A DNA stretch of 58,270 nt from an uncultured Methylomarinum sp. GTDB lineage: Bacteria > Pseudomonadota > Gammaproteobacteria > Methylococcales > Methylomonadaceae. The position numbers were made by a program, and so were the translations under genes. A model generated the notes under the pieces. The model made no database searches and was not told where the DNA came from. It worked only from the letters and a program-made list of their open reading frames with translations. Shown here one piece after another: positions 1 through 10,779 of this stretch; position 1 is the stretch's first letter, and each line of letters opens with the position of its first letter. The stretch covers positions 1-58,270 of the forward strand of contig CAYYSO010000001.1 in assembly GCA_964474415.1 (NCBI GenBank), given 5' to 3'.

Positions 1-39
1 GAATCCGGTCTTTATCTTGTCCCCAAAGTTATCGACTAA
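1..39 (+). CDS. gatC: Asp-tRNA(Asn)/Glu-tRNA(Gln) amidotransferase subunit C, 3' end (partial)
   Basis: Frame 1 reads [12 protein letters not shown], the typical GatC C-terminus, immediately upstream of gatA. Confidence 0.9.
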   Translation, partial: ESGLYLVPKVID

Positions 40-49
40 CGGAAGGATT

Positions 50-1501
50 ATGCATAACAAAACCATAGCAGAAATTGCCTCGGATTTACGCAACAAACAA
101 TATTCCAGTGTAGAGCTGACCCAAAAATTTTTGGCTCGTATCAATAAACATCGGGATCTTAACTGCTTTATCACAGTTTCTGAAGAAACCGCCTTAGAAC
201 AGGCAAAAGCAGCAGACATCAAGCTGTCTGAAGGCTCAGCTCCCCCTCTGACCGGCATACCCATTGCCCAAAAAGATATTTTTTGCACCCACAATATAAA
301 AACCACCTGCGGTTCAAAAATGCTGGACAATTTCCCCGCTCCTTATGATGCCACGGTTGTTGAAAAATTCAACCAGGCAGGTGCTGTGATGCTGGGTAAA
401 TTAAATATGGATGAATTTGCCATGGGATCATCCAACGAAACCAGTTTCTATGGTGCGGTAAAAAACCCCTGGGACACCCGCACAGTTCCCGGCGGCTCTT
501 CCGGCGGCTCGGCAGCAGCAGTTGCCGCACGCTTAACAACGGCTGCTACCGGCACCGATACCGGCGGCTCCATCCGTCAACCGGCTTCATTGTGCGGCAT
601 TACCGGCTTAAAGCCCACTTATGGCCGTGTTTCCCGTTTTGGTATGATCGCTTATGCTTCCAGTCTTGACCAGGGCGGCCCTCTGACTAGAAATGCCGAA
701 GATGCAGCCTTGTTACTACAAACGATGGCAGGATTTGATGCCAAAGATTCCACCAGTGTCGACCAAACAGTCCCTGATTACAGCAAAAATCTGAACAATA
801 GCCTCAAAGGCTTGAAAATCGGCTTACCCAAAGAGTTTTTCAGCGGCGATCTGAACAGCGATATCGCCGCAATTATTGATGCCGCCGTCAATGAATACAA
901 AAAAATGGGCGCTGAAGTTAAAGAAGTCTCCATGCCCAATCTGAATCTGGCCATTCCCGCCTATTATGTCATTGCCTCAGCAGAATGCTCATCCAACCTG
1001 TCACGCTATGACGGCGTCCGCTTTGGCTATCGCTGCGATAAGCCTAAAGATCTTGCTGATTTATACACCCGTTCCCGTGGCGAAGCCTTTGGCGCCGAAG
1101 TCAAACGGCGTATTTTAATGGGAACCTACGCGTTATCTGAGGGTTATTACGATGCCTATTATCTAAAAGCCCAAAAAATTCGACGTTTGATCAGTGAGGA
1201 CTTCAAAAATGCATTATCAGAAGTCGATGTCATTATGGGGCCGGTATCGCCATCAACTGCTTTTGGAATTGGTGAAAAAACCGGTGATCCAATTCAAATG
1301 TACTTATCAGATATCTATACCATCGCCATCAATCTTGCCGGTTTACCTGCCATGTCAATTCCGGCCGGATTCACAAATAATAAACCGGTTGGTTTACAAA
1401 TTATTGGCAATTATTTTGCTGAGGCACAGTTATTGAATGTCGCCCATCAATATCAACAGGTAACAGACTGGCATCAACAATCACCGAAAGGCTTTGAATA
1501 A
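50..1501 (+). CDS. gatA: Asp-tRNA(Asn)/Glu-tRNA(Gln) amidotransferase subunit A
   Basis: Amidase signature [11 protein letters not shown] and [12 protein letters not shown]; ATG at 50 follows GGAAGG. Confidence 0.98.
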   Translation: MHNKTIAEIASDLRNKQYSSVELTQKFLARINKHRDLNCFITVSEETALEQAKAADIKLSEGSAPPLTGIPIAQKDIFCTHNIKTTCGSKMLDNFPAPYDATVVEKFNQAGAVMLGKLNMDEFAMGSSNETSFYGAVKNPWDTRTVPGGSSGGSAAAVAARLTTAATGTDTGGSIRQPASLCGITGLKPTYGRVSRFGMIAYASSLDQGGPLTRNAEDAALLLQTMAGFDAKDSTSVDQTVPDYSKNLNNSLKGLKIGLPKEFFSGDLNSDIAAIIDAAVNEYKKMGAEVKEVSMPNLNLAIPAYYVIASAECSSNLSRYDGVRFGYRCDKPKDLADLYTRSRGEAFGAEVKRRILMGTYALSEGYYDAYYLKAQKIRRLISEDFKNALSEVDVIMGPVSPSTAFGIGEKTGDPIQMYLSDIYTIAINLAGLPAMSIPAGFTNNKPVGLQIIGNYFAEAQLLNVAHQYQQVTDWHQQSPKGFE

Positions 1502-1509
1502 GGAGAACT

Positions 1510-2946
1510 ATGATGGAATGGGAAACAGTAATCGGTCTGGAAATTCATGCCCAGCTGGCAACACAATCTAAAATATTTTCCGGCGCATCCACTGCTTACG
1601 GCGCCGAACCCAACACTCAGGCCTGCGCTGTCGACCTGGGCTTGCCTGGGGTACTGCCGGTATTAAACCAACAAGCAGTACATATGGCGGTCAAGTTCGG
1701 TATGGCTATCGGCGCTGAAATTGCACCTTATTCAGTGTTTGCACGTAAAAACTATTTTTACCCCGACCTTCCCAAAGGCTATCAAATCAGCCAGTTTGAA
1801 CTGCCTATCGTTGGACCGGGACATCTGGAGATCGAAATAGATGGCGTTCAAAAACGCATTGGTGTAACCCGCGCCCACCTTGAGGAAGATGCCGGTAAAT
1901 CGTTACATGAGGATTTTCATGGACTGACTGGAATTGACCTCAACCGGGCAGGCACCCCGCTACTGGAAATTGTATCCGAACCCGACCTGCGCTCTGCCAA
2001 AGAAGCCGTTGCCTATATGCGCCAATTACATGAATTAGTGCAGTACCTGGAAATCTGTGACGGCAATATGCAGGAAGGCTCTTTCCGCTGTGATGCCAAT
2101 GTCTCTGTCCGCCCGCAAGGCCAAAAAGAGTTTGGGACGCGTGCAGAACTTAAAAATATTAATTCATTCAAATTTGTCGAAAAAGCGATTAATTTTGAAA
2201 TTGAGAGACAGATTGACCTCATCGAAAGCGGCGGTAAAGTTGTTCAGGAAACCCGTCTGTACGATGCCAATAAAGATGAAACCCGCTCCATGCGCAGCAA
2301 GGAAGAAGCCAATGACTATCGCTATTTTCCTGACCCCGACCTGTTACCCGTTTATATTGATGATGCATTAAAAACTGAGATTAAAGCGAAATTGCCGGAA
2401 TTGCCCGATGCCAAGAAGGCACGCTTCATTAAGCACTATAACCATGATAACGAAACAGCTTCAATCTTGACATCAACCCGGGAACTGGCTGATTTTTATG
2501 AAGCGGTTACCAAAGAATCAGGGTGCGACCCCAAATTTTGCGCGAATTGGGTCACCGGTGATTTGTTGGGGGCATTGAATAAAGCCGGGCTTGAAATTAC
2601 TGCAAGTCCTATTAACCATCAACGTCTGGCTGATTTACTTAAGCGCATTGCCGACAACACCATCTCAGGAAAAATCGCCAAACAGGTTTTTGAAGCGATG
2701 TGGACCAATGCGGGCACTGCTGATGAGATCATCGAAGCAAAAGGCTTGAAACAAATTACCGATACAGGAGCAATTAAGGCTATCATCGATAATATCATTG
2801 CCAGCAACCCAAATCAGGTTGAACAATATCTGGGCGGTAAAGAAAAAGTTTTCGGTTTCTTTGTCGGCCAGGTCATGAAAGAAACCCAGGGCAAAGCAAA
2901 CCCTGGCGAAGTCAATAAAATGCTAAAGGCAAAACTTAAAAAGTAA
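1510..2946 (+). CDS. gatB: Asp-tRNA(Asn)/Glu-tRNA(Gln) amidotransferase subunit B
   Basis: [44 protein letters not shown]. Confidence 0.98.
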   Translation: MMEWETVIGLEIHAQLATQSKIFSGASTAYGAEPNTQACAVDLGLPGVLPVLNQQAVHMAVKFGMAIGAEIAPYSVFARKNYFYPDLPKGYQISQFELPIVGPGHLEIEIDGVQKRIGVTRAHLEEDAGKSLHEDFHGLTGIDLNRAGTPLLEIVSEPDLRSAKEAVAYMRQLHELVQYLEICDGNMQEGSFRCDANVSVRPQGQKEFGTRAELKNINSFKFVEKAINFEIERQIDLIESGGKVVQETRLYDANKDETRSMRSKEEANDYRYFPDPDLLPVYIDDALKTEIKAKLPELPDAKKARFIKHYNHDNETASILTSTRELADFYEAVTKESGCDPKFCANWVTGDLLGALNKAGLEITASPINHQRLADLLKRIADNTISGKIAKQVFEAMWTNAGTADEIIEAKGLKQITDTGAIKAIIDNIIASNPNQVEQYLGGKEKVFGFFVGQVMKETQGKANPGEVNKMLKAKLKK

Positions 2947-2966
2947 TCTCCCTGTTTTTAATTAAA

Positions 2967-2989
2967 AAGGGCAGAAAAATACTGCCCTT
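2967..2989. terminator. Probable intrinsic terminator between gatB and the convergent DoxX pseudogene
   Basis: AAGGGCAG-N7-CTGCCCTT stem preceded by an A-run (U-tail on the - strand). Confidence 0.5.
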
Positions 2990-2997
2990 CCCACAGC

Positions 2998-3512
2998 TTA
3001 ACTGTATTTTCTTTGCAGCCAATAATCCACACTGACATAACAGCCTGCCCCCTATAAAAACAAGTCCCTGCAAACTTAACCCCGTTATTCAAGACAACTA
3101 GTCTGACGCAGGGGGCAGCTAACCACTGATAATTACCATAATTCTGAAGAATCGACTTAGCCATATCCAGGCGTTTAATTGCATCTACTGTTCGCTCTGT
3201 AGCAAAAAATCCACTACCTTCAGCTATAGCCAACCAACCATTTTTTAAATGTACGGTAATCACAGCGCCCAACATCACCATCATCAAAGGTATTGAAATC
3301 AACCGCATTCCCCCCGACAACAAAAACAACACTACAAAAACCTCAATCAACCCAATCAGAAAAACCAATAAAGTGCCGGCAAACCCAAACCCCGTCCATC
3401 ATTGCCAAACCAGTTTGCAGTACTACTGAAATTAATAAATTTTTTTACTACCCGCCATCCATAAAACAGGTACCAAATAAAAGCGCAATGCCAATATCAA
3501 CCACCTCATCAT
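2998..3512 (-). pseudogene. DoxX-family (HvfX-like) membrane protein pseudogene
   Basis: Family-like segments lie in different frames: LALRFYLVPVLWMAGSKK / FSSTANWFGNDGRGLGLP / ISIPLMMVMLGAVITVHLKNGWLAIAEGSGFFATERT...VLNNGVKFA / FIGAGCYVSVDYWL; at least three frame breaks. Confidence 0.8.
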
Positions 3513-3547
3513 TTTTTTAGCTTAAAGCGGCCTTATAACGCATAAAA

Positions 3548-4729
3548 CTAATTTTGAGAAATTCTCAGGGTAATCCATGCGCATATTTTTTTAAGTATTT
3601 GCTGACGCAATTCCGGTGTGGAAAAAAGTTGCTCATGATGACTGGCTCCTGCCAGCATCATGATGCGATTATGTGGATGATTGTGTTGCGTAGCAGCGGC
3701 AAAATCAGTATTGCCCCAGGCGGGAGTAATAGGATCATATTCGGAATAGATGAGCATGTAAGGGGTGTTAAATTGCGTCATATTATTCCTGAATTGGATC
3801 ACTTCTTTTTCCACTGCCAATACATAACGCAGAATAGAACGGCGAATGATATAAGGGTCGGCCCGTTGACGCTTTCTTTCCTCTTCCCAGTTGCTCAGAT
3901 AATTTGCGACCCAATCCGGTGTTGTGGCTGAAAAAAGGTTGCGCATTCCCGGCAACGACAACAATTCAATAATACCGTCCTGAATGGGCACTGTGATTAA
4001 GGATAATACCTGATTGAACAGCATTAATGGCAAAGCTTCATCGTGGGGATTAAGGAAATGTGTGTGGGTATGGTAGCTGAATCGGACAAATGGGTTCTGC
4101 AACCAGCCTCGCCAACCGGGAATTTGCGTGACCGAAAAAGCCGGACCAGTAAAAATAATGCCGCTGATGCGTTTTTCGAGGCTGCAATTTTTCGTTTGCA
4201 GCAGATAGGAAGCTGAAACCAGCGAGCCAAGACTGTGAGACAGGATAAAAACCGGTAAGGTTTTATTGCCGGCAACTTGATCACAGCGGTGGATTAAATA
4301 ATGCAGGGCCAGATCAAGATCATCACGCATCGGCTGCAGGTCACGTAATTGTGCCTGTTCAAGAAACGCATCACTGACATCCTGAGTTGTTACCCCTTTT
4401 TGAGCCTTCGCAAAAACAGGATTGCTGAGGCCGTGAGCAGTCAGGTCAATACCGGCGACGATATAGCGGCCAGAAAAATAGCGCACGATTTCAGCATAAC
4501 GGCCGATGTATTCATTCATGCCGTGAACCAACAGGATACAAGCTTCAACAGAACGGTTTTGTTCTGGGTTCCTGTGTTGTAAATGTCGGATGTTGCCATC
4601 CCCGGAAGCCAGAATAATGTCTTCCCCCCATAAAGGATAGGGTACAGTTACCGTTTGATGTTGAGTACAGCCATTAATAACCATTAAGATCAGCAAACAT
4701 TGCGGTAATTGCCAGATTAAAAGATTCAT
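3548..4729 (-). CDS. Alpha/beta hydrolase, lysophospholipase-like, possible lipoprotein
   Basis: LLVHGMNEY, nucleophile elbow SHSLG, C-terminal SHHE; lipobox-like INGC; start uncertain (4729 or 4792). Confidence 0.8.
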   Translation of the reverse strand: MNLLIWQLPQCLLILMVINGCTQHQTVTVPYPLWGEDIILASGDGNIRHLQHRNPEQNRSVEACILLVHGMNEYIGRYAEIVRYFSGRYIVAGIDLTAHGLSNPVFAKAQKGVTTQDVSDAFLEQAQLRDLQPMRDDLDLALHYLIHRCDQVAGNKTLPVFILSHSLGSLVSASYLLQTKNCSLEKRISGIIFTGPAFSVTQIPGWRGWLQNPFVRFSYHTHTHFLNPHDEALPLMLFNQVLSLITVPIQDGIIELLSLPGMRNLFSATTPDWVANYLSNWEEERKRQRADPYIIRRSILRYVLAVEKEVIQFRNNMTQFNTPYMLIYSEYDPITPAWGNTDFAAATQHNHPHNRIMMLAGASHHEQLFSTPELRQQILKKICAWITLRISQN

Positions 4730-4876
4730 GTTAAGGGGGCCCGCAAAAAAATAATATATCCTTTCAAGCCATCTGGTTGTTCTCCACTTCATTGCGCCTC
4801 ACGTTACACTGCTTACGCTGTTCCATGCGCTACCTTTAACTTATACAGTCTAAGCCTTTTATTTTTACGCGGGTCT

Positions 4877-5626
4877 TTACGAGAAATCAATAAGCCAAGC
4901 CTGTTGAAAATGCTGTTCGAGCAGGTAGTTCGTCAGATTCACCCAATGCTGAACAGCGTCGAGTATGGCTGAGTCCGTGGTAATCGCAATTTTTTCACTG
5001 GCTGATATGGCCTGATCGGGATTATTAAGCAAATCTACCTGCCAGTTCCAGCCGTAAGCATCTGCAACGGCGAGAACCAGTTGTGCCAACCTGCCACTAT
5101 TGGATACAGGTTTATCAAATAGCCAGTGTACACTGGCGGGTTTAAAAGCAGTCAGATATTGGCCGATTATTTCGATAACTGATTTAGTTTCGGCAACTTG
5201 TCGATAAGTACCATGCACACTGGACAGATCGCGGATACAACCATCACGGCAACGCAATAATACGGCGCCAGCCATAGCGGCCTCCAGTGTAATAATCAGA
5301 TTGAAACCATCGACAATCAGCGGGTGATTTTTGATATCAGTCAGCTTAAGACATTTTCTCTTTCTGCTATTTTTATTATCAACGGAACAGGCTGCTCGTC
5401 CTATGGCTAAACGTTGGCGCTGTTCCAACTGATAATGATCGCCAACTAACCTAAGCGCCGAATGTCTGGCATAGCCGCGATCGAACAACCAGCAAAGTTC
5501 ATAAACGGCTTTCTGCACACGCAATAACTGCTGTCCCCTGAACAATATTTGATCATCGGGATGAGTGTTACGATGTCGATGAGCATGACTGTCCATGATG
5601 GTAAAATGACATTGTGTTAAATTCAT
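4877..5626 (-). CDS. DUF434-domain protein (PIN/NYN-like fold likely)
   Basis: RGY..SALRLVGDHYQL, IVDGFNLIITLE, DGCIRDL, DKPVSNSGRL, TTDSAILD. Confidence 0.8.
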   Translation of the reverse strand: MNLTQCHFTIMDSHAHRHRNTHPDDQILFRGQQLLRVQKAVYELCWLFDRGYARHSALRLVGDHYQLEQRQRLAIGRAACSVDNKNSRKRKCLKLTDIKNHPLIVDGFNLIITLEAAMAGAVLLRCRDGCIRDLSSVHGTYRQVAETKSVIEIIGQYLTAFKPASVHWLFDKPVSNSGRLAQLVLAVADAYGWNWQVDLLNNPDQAISASEKIAITTDSAILDAVQHWVNLTNYLLEQHFQQAWLIDFS

Positions 5627-5754
5627 TATGCCTGTTACCCGGATAAATAGCGAATAGAGGCGAATCAGGTTCTTCTGCCATAAACCCGGGATAAATAAAT
5701 TTTGCTATATTGCAAAACCCATCCTCCCTTTACGAACTCGAAGTATATTCAGAA

Positions 5755-6327
5755 TTATTTAATCAGAAAATCCCGCATCATGCCTAAATCTTCATGCTCA
5801 AGATTGTGGCAGTGATACATAAACAAGCCTTTGTAATCATTAAACGGTTTCAGTAAAGTGACTTTTTCCCCGGGCATGACCAACACGGTATCTTTCCAAC
5901 CGCTATCGACCAGGCCTTCAGAAATCGATGCATAAGCCCCCTTAAAACGGGAATTAATTTCACGCTTTACAATCTGAAACTGTTCGCCATGCAAATGCAT
6001 CGGGTGTGGCATAGCCATACCATGCCCACCGTGATAACCATTATCAAATTCCATTAATTGTAAGGTATTAACGGGTATTACTTCGTCAGGACGAATATCA
6101 TTCATTTTATAGGAACGGCCGTTCAGTAAGGCTGACATGTGCCGCATCGATAATGAAATTGTTCGGGGATTGTCAGCATTAGCCGCATCGGCCACACGGA
6201 GAGCGGCTATAGGTGTTAAACGCCCCGGTAATGAGTCATTGTTGCGGGCCTGTTTAACAATTTTAATTTTTAGCACCGGATAATCTCCACCCGCGGGTAA
6301 TTCACTCCCAGCCATCATATTACCCAT
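5755..6327 (-). CDS. Multicopper oxidase, C-terminal fragment (end of domain 2 plus domain 3)
   Basis: Cu-ligand motifs HPMHLHG and YHCHNLEHEDLGMM; continues the upstream ORF in another frame. Confidence 0.85.
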   Translation of the reverse strand: MGNMMAGSELPAGGDYPVLKIKIVKQARNNDSLPGRLTPIAALRVADAANADNPRTISLSMRHMSALLNGRSYKMNDIRPDEVIPVNTLQLMEFDNGYHGGHGMAMPHPMHLHGEQFQIVKREINSRFKGAYASISEGLVDSGWKDTVLVMPGEKVTLLKPFNDYKGLFMYHCHNLEHEDLGMMRDFLIK

Positions 6328-7379
6328 ACCTCCTCCTTGACGCCCCCCATGCTTCCACGACGCCCCATCATTCCACCGCCCATACCTCCCATCATACCGC
6401 CATGCATAGAGGATCCAGAAAAAGAAATACTGCGCAGGGTTAGTTTAGTTCCAATGGGTCTATCGCTGAAATCAATCCATAATTCGCGTCTTTCTGCCGG
6501 CGCCAGCATGACATAGGGCATCGATTCCGGTCGTTCCATCAGACCGCCATCGGTACCGATAACAATGATCGGTGTGCCGTCATCCCAAGCCAGTTTATAA
6601 ATACGCGAATTGGAGCCATTTAATAATCGCAGACGGTAAGATCTGTTTTCTACCGGCAAGATAAAATCCGGTACACCGTTAATCATGATTTGATTGCCCA
6701 AAAAACCCTGCATACGCTGCATCATGTGATTGAGGTAAAGCAATTGATTACGACTGTCAAAACTGCGATCCTGAATAACCAGAGGCACATCATATTGCCC
6801 ACTGGGTAAACCTAATGCCTGTTCCTGCTGATCACTGACAATAATTAAGCCGGCCAGACCGGAATACACTTGCTTAGAGGTAACACTATGGGTGTGGGCA
6901 TGATACCAGTAAGTTCCAGCCCGGTTAAGAATTTCAAATTCATACACAAATGTTTCGCCATGATGAATAGCATACATAGGGTTACCGTCCATTTTGGCAG
7001 GAACATGCAATCCATGCCAATGCAGAATCGATTCAGCGGACAGATTATTTTTTAAATAAATCCTGACTTTTTGGCCGGTTTGTAAATGTAATGTCGGCGC
7101 CAGATAGGTACCAGACAAATTATCAACCGTGCCTGGAGAACCCTTCAAGACTTTACCGTATATTTTCCAGACTGTTGTTCTGGGGCCGTCAAATATAGGA
7201 ATTTTAACCGCTTCCTGTTTAAGTTCAATTTCCACATCCGGGTGAAAATCAGTGGATGGTCTATTGGCAAAAACGGGGCCTGTTGCATGTATCTGAGTTG
7301 AATAGGTGGCAACCGCTACAGCTGAAATACCAGCGTATTGCAAAAAATTACGACGGTGTGTGTTAATTTTGCCTTTCAT
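6315..7379 (-). CDS. Multicopper oxidase (CueO/laccase-like), N-terminal fragment with Tat signal
   Basis: HRRNFL Tat motif, LHWHGL, YWYHAH, RLRLLNGSNSR; Met/Gly-rich loop that goes out of frame at a G6 run. Confidence 0.85.
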   Translation of the reverse strand: MKGKINTHRRNFLQYAGISAVAVATYSTQIHATGPVFANRPSTDFHPDVEIELKQEAVKIPIFDGPRTTVWKIYGKVLKGSPGTVDNLSGTYLAPTLHLQTGQKVRIYLKNNLSAESILHWHGLHVPAKMDGNPMYAIHHGETFVYEFEILNRAGTYWYHAHTHSVTSKQVYSGLAGLIIVSDQQEQALGLPSGQYDVPLVIQDRSFDSRNQLLYLNHMMQRMQGFLGNQIMINGVPDFILPVENRSYRLRLLNGSNSRIYKLAWDDGTPIIVIGTDGGLMERPESMPYVMLAPAERRELWIDFSDRPIGTKLTLRSISFSGSSMHGGMMGGMGGGMMGRRGSMGGVKEEVWVI

Positions 7380-7606
7380 TTACGCACCCATTAGTTTAAA
7401 TAAATATTAGTTAATAATAACATTATTAAACTCAATTTCTACTACTTATTAAAAATAAGTCGAAACGTTTCTTCAGATTACGGTTTCTGCTACCGGAATC
7501 AGAAATTAATATTTATCCCCAAGAAACACTATTCTTTATTCCGGCTTTCAGCCACATGGCATGATAAAATTGATACTCTAAACCAATCTTCAACCAAGAG
7601 CACAAA

Positions 7607-9052
7607 ATGAAAGCAAATATTGGATTAATCGGTCTTGCTGTAATGGGGCAAAACCTTGTTCTAAATATGAATGACCATGAATTTAAAGTCGCCGTTTTTA
7701 ACCGAACCACCAGTAAGGTCGATGAATTCATAAACGGGCCGGCCAAAGACACTGAAATTATAGGAGCTTATTCCCTGGAAGAATTGGTTGCCAGCTTGGA
7801 AATGCCTCGCAAAGTCATGTTAATGGTCAAAGCGGGTGAGGTCGTCGATCAATATATCGAAAAACTACTGCCGCTATTATCTACCGGCGACATTATTATT
7901 GATGGCGGAAATTCTCTCTACTCTGATAGCAACCGGCGTACAGAATACTTGAAAACAAAAGGTCTTTTCTATATCGGCGCCGGCGTTTCCGGCGGCGAAG
8001 AAGGCGCACGACATGGGCCGTCTATTATGCCGGGTGGCAATAAACAGGCCTGGGATAGTGTTAAGCCTATTTTTCAGGCCATTAGTGCAAAAGTCGATGG
8101 TGCACCTTGTTGTCAATGGGTCGGCGATAACGGTGGCGGCCATTATGTCAAAATGGTGCACAACGGTATTGAATATGGCGATATGCAGCTGATCTGTGAA
8201 GCCTATCAACTCATGCATGACGGTTTAGGATTACCTATTGATGACATTCAAAGCATTTTTGCCGAATGGAATAAAGGCGTATTGGATTCCTATCTGGTGG
8301 AAATTACCGCTAATATTCTTGCCTATAAAGATGAAAACGGACAACCTTTAATCAACAGCATACTGGACACTGCCGGCCAAAAAGGCACGGGGAAATGGAC
8401 CGGTATCAATGCGCTGGACATGGGCATTCCTTTAACACTGATTGCAGAATCTGTTTTTGCCCGTTGTCTATCTGCACAAAAACAAGAACGGGTCAAAGCT
8501 TCACAGCATTTACCTAAACAACCCGCCTCATTCTCTGGTGACCAACAAGCCATGATAGCCGCCATTCATGACGCCCTCTATGCCTCAAAAATTATTTCTT
8601 ATGCGCAAGGTTTTCAATTAATGCGACAGGCTGCAAAAGAATATAACTGGTCATTAAATTATGGTGATATAGCATTAATGTGGCGTGGCGGCTGTATTAT
8701 TCGCAGTCAATTTCTGGGGAACATAAAACAGGCTTATGACAATAACCCGAATTTGGAAAATCTGCTACTGGCTGATTATTTTTCAAAAGCCATGTCCACA
8801 GCTGATTCCGGCTGGCGTAAGGCGGTTATTCTGGGAATAGAACTCAACGTTCCAACGCCTGCATTTTCTTCAGCCTTAGCCTATTTTGACGGTTACCGGA
8901 CAGCAAGATTACCGGCTAATTTATTACAGGCACAACGCGACTATTTTGGCGCCCACTCCTATGAACGTACCGATCAGCCCCGAGGCCAGTTTTTTCATAC
9001 CGACTGGACCGGACATGGCGGTAAAACAGCCTCATCCACCTACAATGTATAG
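7607..9052 (+). CDS. gnd: 6-phosphogluconate dehydrogenase, NADP-dependent, decarboxylating
   Basis: [41 protein letters not shown]. Confidence 0.97.
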   Translation: MKANIGLIGLAVMGQNLVLNMNDHEFKVAVFNRTTSKVDEFINGPAKDTEIIGAYSLEELVASLEMPRKVMLMVKAGEVVDQYIEKLLPLLSTGDIIIDGGNSLYSDSNRRTEYLKTKGLFYIGAGVSGGEEGARHGPSIMPGGNKQAWDSVKPIFQAISAKVDGAPCCQWVGDNGGGHYVKMVHNGIEYGDMQLICEAYQLMHDGLGLPIDDIQSIFAEWNKGVLDSYLVEITANILAYKDENGQPLINSILDTAGQKGTGKWTGINALDMGIPLTLIAESVFARCLSAQKQERVKASQHLPKQPASFSGDQQAMIAAIHDALYASKIISYAQGFQLMRQAAKEYNWSLNYGDIALMWRGGCIIRSQFLGNIKQAYDNNPNLENLLLADYFSKAMSTADSGWRKAVILGIELNVPTPAFSSALAYFDGYRTARLPANLLQAQRDYFGAHSYERTDQPRGQFFHTDWTGHGGKTASSTYNV

Positions 9053-9060
9053 GTCCGGTC

Positions 9061-10551
9061 ATGAAAGCAGAAGCGTGTAGTTATATTATTTATGGGGCGA
9101 CCGGCAATCTGTCACGAATTAAATTAATCCCCGCACTATACCATCTGGATGTTGAAAACCTGTTACCCGAAGGCAGTAAAATTATTGCTATCGGTCGCCG
9201 TGACTGGGATCAACAAAAATGGCAGAGTGAAGCCCGGGATATGTTGGAGGCTAAAGCGCGTAACGGCCTGGACGAAGTTGTTTTCAAACGTTTTTGCGAG
9301 CGTATGTATTACCATAAAGGGGATATCAAACAGACCGAAAGCTATACGGAACTGGCAAAGGTAGTTAATGATCAGCAAAAATTTCCGCAAAACAAGGCTT
9401 TTTATCTGGCAATCAGCCCGTCTGATTTCGGCAATACAGTCGAATTACTCAGTATGGCCGGCTTACTGAATGAAGATACCGGTTGGAGTCGGGTTATTAT
9501 TGAAAAGCCATTTGGTTATGACTGGCAAAGCGCCCAGTCATTACAAAAACGCCTCGGTAAATATTTGCGTGAAGAGCAAATCTACCGTATTGATCATTAT
9601 CTGGGTAAAGGTACCGTCCAGAATGTGCTGGTATTCCGTTTTGCCAATACTATGCTGGAACCTTTGTGGAACCGTCATTATATTGATCATATTCAAATCA
9701 CCCATTCAGAGGAACTGGGTATCGGGACACGGGCGCAATATTACGATACCTCTGGCGCCATGCGCGATATGATACAAAGCCACCTGTTGCAACTTCTAAC
9801 CCTGGTGACCATGGAACCGCCAGCCTCCATGGAAGCTGAAGCCTTGCGTGATGAAAAGGTCAAAGTCCTGAAATCCATCCGTCCTATTCCTAAAGAGGCC
9901 GTTAATGCTTATGCCTTTCGAGCACAATATACCAGTGGCAATATCAATGGCGAAAAAGTGAACGGTTATCTACAGGAGGATAATGTGCCTGAAAACAGCG
10001 TAACAGAAACTTATGCCGCCATGAAGCTGTATGTGGATAACTGGCGTTGGAAAGATGTTCCCATTTATCTACGGACAGGAAAACGCATGGCCAAAGCACA
10101 ATCAATGATTTCGATTTGTTTTCGCCAGCCGCCTTTGCAGTTTTTCCGCGATACCTGTGTCAATTGCAGCAGTCCAAACTGGCTGTTACTGGGCATTCAA
10201 CCGGAAGAGTGTATTCGCACGGAAATGACTGTCAAAGTACCCGGACTGGAAATGAGTACTCGTGTCACCAGTCTGGAAGCCAGTTACCGTAAAGAGGACG
10301 AACATCATATTGACGCTTATGAGGATTTGTTACTGGATGTTATTCAAGGGAACCGCTCCCTGTTTTTACGTTCGGATGAAGTGGAATATGCCTGGCGTAT
10401 TGTTGACCCTGTTTTGCAAAAATGGGCGCAGGAACGCGATTATATTACGACTTATCCGGCCGGGTCATGGGGTCCAGTAGAATCCCGGATTTTATTTGAT
10501 AAAGAAAGCCATTATTGGCGTCATTCACTGACACCGGGATGCAGCGAATAA
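9061..10551 (+). CDS. zwf: Glucose-6-phosphate 1-dehydrogenase
   Basis: [24 protein letters not shown]. Confidence 0.97.
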   Translation: MKAEACSYIIYGATGNLSRIKLIPALYHLDVENLLPEGSKIIAIGRRDWDQQKWQSEARDMLEAKARNGLDEVVFKRFCERMYYHKGDIKQTESYTELAKVVNDQQKFPQNKAFYLAISPSDFGNTVELLSMAGLLNEDTGWSRVIIEKPFGYDWQSAQSLQKRLGKYLREEQIYRIDHYLGKGTVQNVLVFRFANTMLEPLWNRHYIDHIQITHSEELGIGTRAQYYDTSGAMRDMIQSHLLQLLTLVTMEPPASMEAEALRDEKVKVLKSIRPIPKEAVNAYAFRAQYTSGNINGEKVNGYLQEDNVPENSVTETYAAMKLYVDNWRWKDVPIYLRTGKRMAKAQSMISICFRQPPLQFFRDTCVNCSSPNWLLLGIQPEECIRTEMTVKVPGLEMSTRVTSLEASYRKEDEHHIDAYEDLLLDVIQGNRSLFLRSDEVEYAWRIVDPVLQKWAQERDYITTYPAGSWGPVESRILFDKESHYWRHSLTPGCSE

Positions 10552-10699
10552 ACCATCAACACAACCGTATCACTATTCAATATCCAACGACTAAAGGCAC
10601 TGACTAGCGTCTTTGGTTTGCTATGGAAAAGCCGGGGTCATAGCAGAACCCGTGAAATCAGTTCTAATCCGACCGTCTCTTGGATAAACCTGACAACTT

Positions 10700-10770
10700 T
10701 ACTACCTGAATCCGTGAATTCACTACGGCACAAGCCGTAAGCTCATGATTCATCACGAATTCAGGTAGTA
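10700..10770. repeat. Nested inverted repeat (REP/MITE-like) between convergent genes
   Basis: TACTACCTGAATCCGTGA pairs with TCACGAATTCAGGTAGTA (17/18); inner TACGGC-ACAA-GCCGTA hairpin. Confidence 0.65.
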
Positions 10771-10779
10771 TTCAGCACA

